Source of the DNA: Haliotis cracherodii | Lineage: Eukaryota | Reading direction: 5' to 3' | DNA length: 64,000 bases | Assembly (NCBI RefSeq): GCF_022045235.1 | Contig: NW_027266308.1 | Span: forward strand, 57,598,001 to 57,662,000 | Shown: in pieces, positions 11,701 to 24,244 of the stretch | Layout of the letters: each line of letters opens with the position of its first letter | Numbering within the stretch: the first letter of the stretch is position 1 | Translations under genes and position numbers: made by a program | Notes under the pieces: model-generated | Seen by the model: the letters and a program-made list of their open reading frames with translations, nothing else | Database searches by the model: none | What the model was told of the DNA's origin: nothing

Positions 11701-13231
11701 AGAAAGATAGTGCATCGGTGTGTACCCATATATTTAGCCCGTAAGCTCTCAATTAGTAATGAAAAACACGCGCTGATAATCGACATGCTTATGTGCCGTG
11801 CATACATTTAATACTGAATTAATCTCACACAATGTACATGAAAATGATATCACTCCGCAAGGGACCATTCATTACTTCACACGGCGGGATCCTTCGTTAA
11901 TTCAAACAACATCTGACGAGTGGACACACTGCTCTGTTTACAAGGAAATGTGGTGCTAAGAAACACACGCACGCACGCACACCAAACAAAAACACCTTAA
12001 GACTTTACATTGTATTTTAACACAAGCAAATGTTTCTAAATCATAAGAAAGTCTTGGTTTATATGTGCTAACGAGAAACTCACTCATGTTGCATCTCAAG
12101 TACATATGTATATAGCATGTATTATTGATGTATATTGACGCAGGGATTGAGCAATTTTAAAAGAAACAAAAACTTGTATTCGCCATGTTTCCCCTATTAA
12201 CACAGACCGAGGTAATTTATTTCATGGTCTCTGGTCTGATGCAGTATATCTGGGTATTATAAATAAAATTACCGGAGAAAAAGATAACGGTCCTCGGTTA
12301 AAATGTGTCCCCCGAACGACATGGACTTGTAGGATCTTGTAAACGATATGGCATACGTGAAACAGCAAGTGAATACCATTTATTCAAGGCATGCCCTATT
12401 TTGTACTATATTCAAAGTATATGCATGCGTGACCATGCTTAGCTAAATATAAGATGTCTGAAGTGAAAACCTCAAAGCGTTATGGTTAAAATATAATAGA
12501 TCTTAATTGACACTGTAATCCACATACAATTATATTATTTATGCGATCTCTGAGTGGTGATTCATGTCACATATCAAAATGTAAGTAATACATTCAATAC
12601 AAGCATGTACTATTTGCAGCTCAAGTGACTACTTGCATTGTTAGAATATATCTTTGATCACTGTCGCCTACCTTACAGCCTTTCGACATTACCAATTATT
12701 TCTAATTCAGATTATGCCGAACTTAAAACTTCTACTATTTTATGATTGTGTATGAGACCCTCACCTCTTTTATTTCTATGTCCTTCACACATATATTATT
12801 TTATGAACTTAAGAACTTATGGATGTCAACTTCTATACTATGATAAAACACATAGTGACGATGTTGACATCCACATATTCTCTTCCTTATGTGTATCACT
12901 TCTAAAAGTCTTTCAAAGACTTGATTCCGTATATCATTTATTGTTTTTCCTTGTTTGTTTCTATGATAACTGTATTATTTTATGATTGAGTATGATACCT
13001 GAAAAGTGCGTTTTTCTTTGATTGGATGTTTCCATGACAACCACACAGTGCAGTGCTCCTGGACGCTGTGAGGATTTTACAGTGATCACTACATGTACCA
13101 GACGCAGATAAGACGCCAGTCTCTGAACAAGACACAGTTTAATAGTGGACGGAATCTCCACACACGGCTATCTGACTGTGTGCATGCCAAGGAAGACAGA
13201 CAACAAACCACCTCACGTTTCATTCATTCCA

Positions 13232-13237
13232 TTTAAT
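13232..13237 (-). terminator. Probable polyadenylation signal ATTAAA of array copy 1 (present in every unit)
   Basis: About 245 nt after the stop, followed by a GU-rich tract GTGGTTTGTTGTCTGTC. Confidence 0.5.
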
Positions 13238-13480
13238 GTCTGCATATACCAAACTGGCAATATCAGACTTCGGTTATTAGAATGATGAAGTAATGCTTTA
13301 GAGAATTTTCAAATTACAAATAAAACAGGATTTACAGAAGTTGTATAATGTTTTCCATGTAATGAATTACAACATCATGATTTACAGGGATGTATAACGT
13401 CAGACAATATGTACAACTTCAAACAAATCAAATTAGATATACAGAAATTCAAACAGATTTTACAATACATGTGTATGTTT

Positions 13481-14757
13481 TCACACAGGGAGAACCTGGT
13501 TCTTGCTACTGACGATGTTCCTGATACACTGCACAACACGACCAAAGACAGAGTTGTGGCCAAATGTGTCTTTGACATGTGATTTGGCAGCAGAAACGTC
13601 TGTGGGTTTCACCTTGTTTTTGAATGCGATAGATGCCAGTCTAGTACGGACACTGGTGATGAAACGCCTGAGCTTCCCGGCTTTAGGGGGCAGGGTCGGG
13701 GGGACAAGTTCTCCCTGGACGAAGATCGGTGGCGGGAGAAGTCGCGAAAGCCTGTAGTGAGCGGCGGCCGATGTGACGGCGTTGTGGATTTCGATGAGTG
13801 AGTTGCGCACGCTTGGGTGGCGATCATTGCTGAGGAAAAGTTTGGACATCTGTGTCCAGCCACAATCAACCTCTCTCTGTAACATCCACAAATGTCGCTT
13901 GCATCTCTTGTTCTCAGTCACCTGTTATAAAGAAATAAACACACACATTGCACAGATCCATACAGTAAACCGTTTTCGATCACAAGAATTAACTTAAACT
14001 AATATGAGGACGAATGATGTTCTAAAAACATATTTGGTAAATTAAGTTTACTCCCCAGGTCCGTTTAGGGGCAAAGGAAATACCGGAATATGATGCTACA
14101 CCATCCTAATTATGCAGGCCGTACTGCTTACCTCATTTTCTTGGAGAATGGCAGCAGTCCGGATCAGATGGAGCCAAAGGCGGATGGCGTCAAACTCATC
14201 CAGAAGTTCACTGGTGAACAGATGCTGCAGGTCTGTAAGATGAAGTAAGTCTACAGTCTTAAATTACATCTCTTCACATTCAAACCTGCTGTTATACAGT
14301 CATACAGGAAGTTAACACAAATCACAATAAAATTCAAATGTATTACATTAATTTGGAGTAGGTTTGAAAATAAGATGCTCGTTATATTTCAGTTTGCCAT
14401 CAAGCTGGTCACATTCCTTTTTAACCTGTTCATTATGGAATCTGTTTCGGCAGATAATCCAGACTGATTATTCTTTGGGGTGGACGTTTTATACTTGTCA
14501 AAATTGTATCCACTGAGACAAACTTCAAGCTAAACTCTTCTCCATGAGACATCAATTAAATATCTTCATGAGCGATCACATGACTTATCTGATTAATTAT
14601 TGCCAGCGAAACGTTTGGAGAAGGGAGACGATAAATAACATTCCTTTTTCAAACATGAAATCGTTTTCTCGTTTTTAAAAATCACATTAACTGTAAAATG
14701 AAACTAACCTGGAGCTGTTCGTGCTCCTCGGAGCCAGTCGCGGCCACAAAACGTCAT
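13481..14757 (-). CDS. Orphan three-exon gene, copy 1 (196 aa); exons 14757-14709, 14232-14132, 13921-13481
   Basis: AAAATG start; CAG|GTTAGT, TTACAG|, GAG|GTAAGC and TAACAG| splice sites; phases 1 and 0 join into one frame: MTFCGRDWLRGARTAP-DLQHLFTSELLDEFDAIRLWLHLIRTAAILQENE-VTENKR...KNQVLPV. Carries a 3-nt in-frame insertion relative to the other copies. Confidence 0.8.
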
Positions 14758-14852
14758 TTTCAACACTTGCTTCAAGGAAAGATTCGCAAATATTCACTGA
14801 GCAAAACTGGAGCGTGTTGACATTACCGAATCAATGTCGGAGTGATTGTCGA

Positions 14853-14892
14853 TGACGTCATGTCATTGTGACGTCACGTAATTGTGACGCCA
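14853..14892. promoter_or_regulatory. CRE cluster upstream of copy 1 (two perfect TGACGTCA plus TGACGCCA, 16-bp spacing)
   Basis: Sites at 14853, 14869 and 14885, about 95-135 bp upstream of the ATG; Inr-like TCAGT near 14800. Confidence 0.7.
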
Positions 14893-16137
14893 TAGTACCA
14901 CGGGAGGTAACTGGATTCATTAAAGACACCCGTACCGCTAAATCAAACCATGTATATGGTCAAACCCTAGCAGTTTCTCATACTATGGGCATTTTTTTTT
15001 TAGGATTACTGAATACATGTTCCTGTGTTAAAGACATGGAAACTGTTTCACTTAAAATGAGAACAACTACATGACAGAACATGAGATATCGCCTGTATCT
15101 TGGACATAATGATGCAGGTGGCATTGTGGAGTTACTAGCGATCGCTGTTGTTCTCTTCTGTCTGGCACACCTACTTCTCATGCATGGTATATGGTCATTA
15201 AAATCTTCAGTGTCAGTGGGATATTGTGTATATGCCATAGTTTATTCAACAAGACATGTCCAAATAGCGGGAGGATTTTATGACCGCAACGCCAGGTGTC
15301 ATCGGTTTCAATTTACAATGATTGTCGAGTGACGCTTTTTTTGTGAATTCATGCTTCCAATTTGATCGGAATAGGCCTTTTTCTTGTGGTTGGTTGACAA
15401 GCATTGATAAGCATTGACACGTCAAGTCAAAGTCTCCCCTTCGATATCCCACATGCGTACAATGTGTGGAACCCATTCTGGGTTTTCTCTGTCGTGATTT
15501 CATTTGGACTATTGCCGAAAGCGGCGTAAAACCCTACTCATTCACTATTTCGTTCATGTGAAATGGACGAAATGAACAGTTTACATACAGTGTTTGTCTT
15601 CGTGTAGCAACTATCAAAGACATTCGGGTTCTTACTATATATGGCACCATCCCACTTATAGTGTATCTTTCCTCTTTTAGAAGACAGCTATACGACCACA
15701 CTAACAATCGTTTATGTAACACACATAGGTACAGAAATACTTTTTCTATTGCATGCAGATAAGACGCCAGTCTCTGAACAAGACACAGTTTAATAGTGGA
15801 CGGAATCTCCACACACGGCTATCTGACTGTGTGCATGCCAAGGACGACAGACAACAAACCACCTCACGTTTCATTCATTCCATTTAATGTCTGCATATAC
15901 GCGTACCAAACTGGCAATATGAGACTTCGGTTATAAGAATGATGAAGTAATGCTTTAGAGAAATTTCAAATTACAAATAAAACAGGATTTACAGAAGTTG
16001 TATAATGTTTTCCAAGTAATGAATTACAACATTATGATTTACAGGGATGTATAACGTCAGACAATATGTACAACTTCAAACAAATCAAATTAGATATACA
16101 GAAATTCAAACAGATTTTACAATACATGTGTATGTTT

Positions 16138-17401
16138 TCACACAGGGAGAACCTGGTTCTTGCTACTGGCGATGTTCCTGATACACTGCACAACACGACC
16201 AAAGACAGAGTTGTGGCCAAATGTGTCTTTGACATGTGATTTGGCAGCAGAAACGTCTGTGGGTTTCACCTTGTTTTTGAATGCGATAGATGCCAGTCTA
16301 GTACGGACACTGGTGATGAAACGCCTGAGCTTCCCGGCTTTAGGGGGCAGGGTCGGGGGGACAAGTTCTCCCTGAACGAAGATGGGTGGCGGGAGAAGTC
16401 GCGAAAGCCTGTAGTGAGCGGCGGCCGATGTGACGGCGTTGTGGATTTCGATGAGTGAGTTGCGCACGCTTGAGTGGCGATCATTGCTGAGGAAAAGTTT
16501 GGACATCTGTGTCCAGCCACAATCAACCTCTCTCTGTAACATCCACAAATGTCGCTTGCATCTCTTGTTCTCAGTCACCTGTTATAAAGAAATAAACACA
16601 CACATTGCACAGATCCATACAGTAAACCGTTTTCGATCACAAGAATTAACTTAAACTAATATGAGGACGAATGATGTTCTAAAAACATATTTGGTAAATT
16701 AAGCTTACTCCCCAGGTCCGTTTAGGGGCTAAGGAAATACCGGAATATGATGCTACACCATCCTAATCATGCAGGCCGTACTGCTTACCTCATTTTCTTG
16801 GAGAATGGCAGTCCGGATCAGATGGAGCCAAAGGCGGATGGCGTCAAACTCATCCAGAAGTTCACTGGTGAACAGATGCTGCAGGTCTGGAAGATGAAGT
16901 AAGCCTACGGTCTTAAATTACATCTCTTCACATTCAAAACCGCTGTTATAGGAAGTTAACACAAATCACAATAAAATTCAATTGCATTACATTAATTTGG
17001 AGTAAATTTGAAAATAAGATGCTCGTTATATTTGAGTTTGCCTTGAAGCTTATCACATTCCCTTTTAACCTGTTCATTATGGAATCTGTTTCGGCAGATA
17101 ATCCAGACTGATTATTCTTTGGGGTGGACGTTTTATACTTGTCAAAATTGTATCCACTGAGACAAACTTCAAGCTAAACTCTTCTCCATGAGACATCAAT
17201 TAAATATCTTCATGAGCGATCACATGACTTATCTGATTAATTATTGCCAGCGAAACGTTTGGAGAAGGGAGACGATAAATAACATTCCTTTTTCAAACAT
17301 GAAATCATTTTTTCGTTTTTAAAAATCACATTAACTGTAAAATGAAACTAACCTGGAGCTGTTCGTGCTCCTCGGAGCCAGTCGCGGCCACAAAACGTCA
17401 T
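16138..17401 (-). CDS. Orphan gene copy 2 (195 aa); exons 17401-17353, 16886-16789, 16578-16138
   Basis: Splice sites and frame intact. Confidence 0.8.
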
Positions 17402-17496
17402 ATTCAACACTTGCTTCAAGGAAAGATTCGCAAATATTCACTGAGCAAAACTGGAGCGTGTTGACATTACCGAATCAATGTCGGAGTGATTGTCGA

Positions 17497-17536
17497 TGAC
17501 GTCATGTCATTGTGACGTCACGTTATTGTGACGTCA
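17497..17536. promoter_or_regulatory. Triple perfect CRE (TGACGTCA x3) upstream of copy 2; same arrangement in copies 3-10
   Basis: Sites at 17497, 17513 and 17529. Confidence 0.72.
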
Positions 17537-18837
17537 TAGTACCACGGGAGGTAATTGGATTCATTAAAGACACCCGTACCGCTAAATCAAACCATTTGTA
17601 AGGTCAAACCCTAGCAGTTCCTTCATACTATGGGCAGTGTTTTTTAGGATTACTGAATACATGTTCCTGTGTTAAAGACATGGAAACTGTTTCACTTAAA
17701 ATGAGAACAACTACATGACAGAACATGAGATATCGCCTGTATCTTGGACATAATGAAGCAGGTGGCATTGTGGAGTTACTAGCGACCGCTGTTGTTCTCT
17801 TCTGTCTGGCACACCTACTTCTCATGCATGTTATATGGTCATTAAAATCTTCAGTGTCAGTGGGGTATTGTGTATATGCCATGGTTTATTCAACACGACA
17901 TGTCCAAATAGTGGGAGGATTTTATGACCGCAACGCCAGGTGTCATCGGTTTCAATTTACAATGATTGTCGAGTGACGCTTTTTTGTGAATTCATGCTTC
18001 CAATTTGATCGGAATAGACCTTTTTCCTGTGGTGGGTTGACAAGCATTGACAAGCATTGACACGTCAAGTCAAAGTCTCCTCTTCGATATCCCACATGTG
18101 TACAATGTGTGGAACCCATTCTGGGTTTTCTCTGTCGTGATTTCAGTTGGAATATTGCCGAAAGCGGCGTAAAAAAAATTCTCATATACTGTTTCGTTCA
18201 TGTGACATGGACGAAATGAACAGTTTACCTATAGTGTTCGTCTTCGTGTAGCAACTATCAAGTTTATGTTATTTGTCTTCGTCCAATTCCGCATCTTCTA
18301 CAAAGACATTCATGTACTTACTATATATGGCACCATCCCACCTACAGCATATCTTTCCTCTTTTAGAAGCAGCTATACGACCACACTAACAATCGTTTAT
18401 GTAACACACATAGGTACAGAAATACTTTTTCTATTGCATGCAGATAAGACGCCAGTCTCTGAACAAGACACAGTCTAATAGTGGACGGAATCTCCATACA
18501 CGGCTATCTGACTGTGTGCATGCCAAGGACGACAGACAACAAACCACCTCACGTTTCATTCATTCCATTTAATGTCTGCATATACGCGTACCAAACTGGC
18601 AATATGAGACTTCCGTTATAAGAATGACGAAGTAATGCTTTAGAGAAATTTCTAATTACAAATAAAACAGGATTTACAGAAGTTGTATAATGTTTTCCAT
18701 GTAATGAATTACGACATTATGATTTGCAGAGATGTATAACGTCAGACAATATGTACAATTTCAAACAAATCAAATTAAATATACAGAAATTCCAATAGGT
18801 TTTACAATACATGTTTTTGTTTTCACACTGCATGTTT

Positions 18838-20111
18838 TCACACAGGGAGAACCTGGTTCTTGCTACTGGCGATGATCCTGATACACTGCACAACACGACC
18901 AAAGACAGAGTTGTGGCCAAATGTGTCTTTGACATGTGATTTGGCAGCAGAAACGTCTGTGGGTTTCACCTTGTTTTTGGATGCGACGGATGCCAGTCTA
19001 GAACGGACACTGGTGATGAAACGCCTGAGCTTCCCGGCTTTTGGGGGCAGGGTCGGGGGGACAAGTTCTCCCTGGACGAAGATCGGTGGCGGGAGAAGTC
19101 GCGAAAGCCTGTAGTGAGCGGCGGCCGATGTGACGGCGTTGTGGATTTCGATGAGTGAGTTGCGCACGCTTGAGTGGCGATCATTGCTGAGGAAAAGTTT
19201 GGACATCTGTGTCCAGCCACAATCAACCTCTCTCTGTAACATCCACAAATGTCGCTTGCATCTCTTGTTCTCAGTCACCTGTTATAAAGAAATAAACACA
19301 CACATTGCACAGATCCATACAGTAAATCGTGTTCGATGACATGCATTAACTTAAACTAATATGAGGACGAATTACGTTCTAAAAACATATTTGGTAAATT
19401 AAGTTTACTCCCCAGGTCCGTTTAAGGGCAAAGGAAATATCGGAATATGATGCTACACCATCCTAATCATGCAGGCCGTACTGCTTACCTCATTTTCTTG
19501 GAGAATGGCAGTCCGGATCAGATGGAGCCAAAGGCGGATGGCGTCAAACTCATCTAGAAGTTCACTGGTGAACAGATGCTGCAGGTCTGGAATATGAAGT
19601 AAATCTACAGTTTTAAATTACATCTCTTCACATTCAAACCCGCTGTTATACAGTCATACAGGAAGTTAGCACAAATCACAATAAAATTCAAATGTATTAC
19701 ATTAATTTGGAGTAGGTTTGAAAATAAGATGCTCGTTATATTTGAGTTTGCCTTCAAGCTAATCACATTCCTTTTTAACCTGTTCATTATGGAATCTGTT
19801 TCGGCAGATAATCCAGACTGATTATTCTTTGGGGTGGACGTTTTATACTTGTCAATTTTGTATCCACTGAGACAAACTTCAAGCTAAACTCTTCTCCATG
19901 AGACATCAATTAAATATCTTCATGAGCGATCACATGACTTATCTGATTAATTATTGCCAGCGAAACGTTTGGAGAAGGGAGACGATAAATAACATTCCTT
20001 TTTCAAACATGAAATCGTTTTCTCGTTTTTAAAAATCACATTAACTGTAAAATGAAACTAACCTGGAGCTGTTCGTGCTCCTCGGAGCCAGTCGCGGCCA
20101 CAAAACGTCAT
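18838..20111 (-). CDS. Orphan gene copy 3; exons 20111-20063, 19586-19489, 19278-18838
   Basis: Splice sites and frame intact. Confidence 0.8.
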
Positions 20112-21540
20112 TTTCAACACTTGCTTCAAGGAAAGATTCGCAAATATTCACTGAGCAAAACTGGAGCGTGTTGACATTACCGAATCAATGTCGGAGTGAT
20201 TGTCGATGACGTCATGTCATTGTGACGTCACGTAATTGTGACGTCATAGTACCACGGGAGGTAACTGGATTCATTAAAGACACCCGTACCGCTAAATCAA
20301 ACCATTTGTAAGGTCAAACCCTAGCAGTTCCTTCATACTATGGGCAGTGTTTTTTTAGGATTACTGAATACATGTTCCTGTGTTAAAGACATGGAAACTG
20401 TTTCACTTAAAATGAGAACAACAGAACATGAGATATCGCCTGTATCTTGGACATAATGAAGCAGGTGGCATTGTGGAGTTACTAGCGATCGCTGTTGTTC
20501 TCTTCTGTCTGGCACACCTACTTTTCATGCATGGTATATGGTCATTAAAATCTTCAGTGTCAGTGGGATATTGTGTATATGCCATAGTTTATTCAACAAG
20601 ACATGTCCAAATAGCGGGAGGATTTTATGACCGCAACGCCAGGTGTCACCGGTTTCAATTTACAATGATTGTCGAGTGACGCTTTTTTGTGAATTCATGC
20701 TTCCAATTTGATCGGAATAGGCCTTTTTCTTGTGGTTGGTTGACAAGCATTGATAAGCATTGACACGTCAAGTCAAAGTCTCCTCTTCGATATCCCACAT
20801 GTGTACAATGTGTGGAACCCATTCTGGGTTTTCTCTGTCGTGATTTCAGTTGGAATATTGCCGAAAGCGGCGTAAAAAAAATTCTCATATACTGTTTCGT
20901 TCATGTGACATGGACGAAATGAACAGTTTACCTATAGTGTTCGTCTTCGTGTAGCAACTATCAAGTTTATGTTATTTGTCTTCGTCCAATTCCGCATCTT
21001 CTACAAAGACATTCATGTACTTACTATATATGGCACCATCCCACCTACAGCATATCTTTCCTCTTTTAGAAGCAGCTATACGACCACACTAACAATCGTT
21101 TATGTAACACACATAGGTACAGAAATACTTTTTCTATTGCATGCAGATAAGACGCCAGTCTCTGAACAAGACACAGTCTAATAGTGGACGGAATCTCCAT
21201 ACACGGCTATCTGACTGTGTGCATGCCAAGGACGACAGACAACAAACCACCTCACGTTTCATTCATTCCATTTAATGTCTGCATATACGCGTACCAAACT
21301 GGCAATATGAGACTTCGGTTATAAGAATGATGAAGTAATGCTTTAGAGAAATTTCAAATTACAAATAAAACAGGATTTACAGAAGTTGTATAATGTTTTC
21401 CATGTAATGAATTACGACATTATGATTTACAGGGATGTATAACGTCAGACAATATGTACAATTTCAAACAAATCAAATTAAATATACAGAAATTCCAATA
21501 GGTTTTACAATACATGTTTTTGTTTTCACACTGCATGTTT

Positions 21541-22814
21541 TCACACAGGGAGAACCTGGTTCTTGCTACTGGCGATGTTCCTGATACACTGCACAACACG
21601 ACCAAAGACAGAGTTGTGGCCAAATGTGTCTTTGACATGTGATTTGGCAGCAGAAACGTCTGTGGGTTTCACCTTGTTTTTGGATGCAACGAATGCCAGT
21701 CTAGAACGGACACTGGTGATGAAACGCCTGAGCTTCCCGGCTTTTGGGGGCAGGGTCGGGGGGACAAGTTCTCCCTGGACGAAGATCGGTGGCGGGAGAA
21801 GTCGCGAAAGCCTGTAGTGAGCGGCGGCCGATGTGACGGCGTTGTGGATTTCGATGAGTGAGTTGCGCACGCTTGGTAGGCGATCATTGCTGAGGAAAAG
21901 TTTGGACATCTGTGTCCAGCCACAATCAACCTCTCTCTGTAACATCCACAAATGTCGCTTGCATCTCTTGTTCTCAGTCACCTGTTATAAAGAAATAAAC
22001 ACACACATTGCACAGATCCATACAGTAAACCGTTTTCGATCACAAGAATTAACTTAAACTAATATGAGGACGAATTACGTTCTAAAAACATATTTGGTAA
22101 ATTAAGTTTACTCCCCAGGTCCGTTTAAGGGCAAAGGAAATATCGGAATATGATGCTACACCATCCTAATCATGCAGGCCGTACTGCTTACCTCATTTTC
22201 TTGGAGAATGGCAGTCCGGATCAGATGGAGCCAAAGGCGGATGGCGTCAAACTCATCTAGAAGTTCACTGGTGAACAGATGCTGCAGGTCTGGAATATGA
22301 AGTAAATCTACAGTCTTAAATTACATCTCTTCACATTCAAACCCGCTGTTATACAGTCATACAGGAAGTTAGCACAAATCACAATAAAATTCAAATGTAT
22401 TACATTAATTTGGAGTAGGTTTGAAAATAAGATGCTCGTTATATTTGAGTTTGCCTTCAAGCTAATCACATTCCTTTTTAACCTGTTCATTATGGAATCT
22501 GTTTCGGCAGATAATCCAGACTGATTATTCTTTGGGGTGGACGTTTTATACTTGTCAATTTTGTATCCACTGAGACAAACTTCAAGCTAAACTCTTCTCC
22601 ATGAGACATCAATTAAATATCTTCATGAGCGATCACATGACTTATCTGATTAATTATTGCCAGCGAAACGTTTGGAGAAGGGAGACGATAAATAACATTC
22701 CTTTTTCAAACATGAAATCGTTTTCTCGTTTTTAAAAATCACATTAACTGTAAAATGAAACTAACCTGGAGCTGTTCGTGCTCCTCGGAGCCAGTCGCGG
22801 CCACAAAACGTCAT
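21541..22814 (-). CDS. Orphan gene copy 4; exons 22814-22766, 22289-22192, 21981-21541
   Basis: Splice sites and frame intact. Confidence 0.8.
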
Positions 22815-24244
22815 TTTCAACACTTGCTTCAAGGAAAGATTCGCAAATATTCACTGAGCAAAACTGGAGCGTGTTGACATTACCGAATCAATGTCGGAGT
22901 GATTGTCGATGACGTCATGTCATTGTGACGTCACGTTATTGTGACGTCATAGTACCACGGGAGGTAATTGGATTCATTAAAGACACCCGTACCGCTAAAT
23001 CAAACCATGTATATGGTCAAACCCTAGCAGTTCCTTCATACTATGGGCAGTGTTTTTTAGGATTACTGAATACATGTTCCTGTGTTAAAGACATGGAAAC
23101 TGTTTCACTTAAAATGAGAACAACTACATGACAGAACATGAGATATCGCCTGTATCTTGGACATATTGATGCAGGTGACATTGTGGAGTTACTAGCGACC
23201 GCTGTTGTTCTCTTCTGTCTGGCACACCTACTTCTCATGCATGTTATATGGTCATTAAAATCTTCAGTGTCAGTGGGGTATTGTGTATATGCCATGGTTT
23301 ATTCAACACGACATGTCCAAATAGTGGGAGGATTTTATGACCGCAACGCCAGGTGTCATCGGTTTCAATTTACAATGATTGTCGAGTGACGCTTTTTTGT
23401 GAATTCATGCTTCCAATTTGATCGGAATAGACCTTTTTCCTGTGGTGGGTTGACAAGCATTGACAAGCATTGACACGTCAAGTCAAAGTCTCCTCTTCGA
23501 TATCCCACATGTGTACAATGTGTGGAACCCATTCTGGGTTTTCTCTGTCGTGATTTCAGTTGGAATATTGCCGAAAGCGGCGTAAAAAAAATTCTCATAT
23601 ACTGTTTCGTTCATGTGACATGGACGAAATGAACAGTTTACCTATAGTGTTCGTCTTCGTGTAGCAACTATCAAGTTTATGTTATTTGTCTTCGTCCAAT
23701 TCCGCATCTTCTACAAAGACATTCATGTACTTACTATATATGGCACCATCCCACCTACAGCATATCTTTCCTCTTTTAGAAGCAGCTATACGACCACACT
23801 AACAATCGTTTATGTAACACACATAGGTACAGAAATACTTTTTCTATTGCATGCAGATAAGACGCCAGTCTCTGAACAAGACACAGTCTAATAGTGGACG
23901 GAATCTCCATACACGACTATCTGACTGTGTGCATGCCAAGGACGACAGACAACAAACCACCTCACGTTTCATTCATTCCATTTAATGTCTGCATATACCA
24001 AACTGGCAATATGAGACTTCCGTTATAAGAATGACGAAGTAATGCTTTAGAGAAATTTCAAATTACAAATAAAACAGGATTTACAGAAGTTGTATAATGT
24101 TTTCCATGTAATGAATTACGACATTATGATTTGCAGAGATGTATAACGTCAGACAATATGTACAATTTCAAACAAATCAAATTAAATATACAGAAATTCC
24201 AATAGGTTTTACAATACATGTTTTTGTTTTCACACTGCATGTTT

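Noticed and set aside
13481-13921. 146-aa single-exon gene starting at the track's M
   Set aside because: The first codon is GTG directly after a splice acceptor; it is exon 3 of a spliced gene.
13503-13997. Overlapping and antisense short ORFs repeated in every unit (84, 86, 74, 72 aa etc.)
   Set aside because: Shadow frames of exon 3; some vary in length between copies and none has splice or promoter support.
13481-14757. Array protein as a known secreted gamete-recognition protein (lysin or sp18 type)
   Set aside because: No N-terminal signal peptide and no similarity I can recognise.
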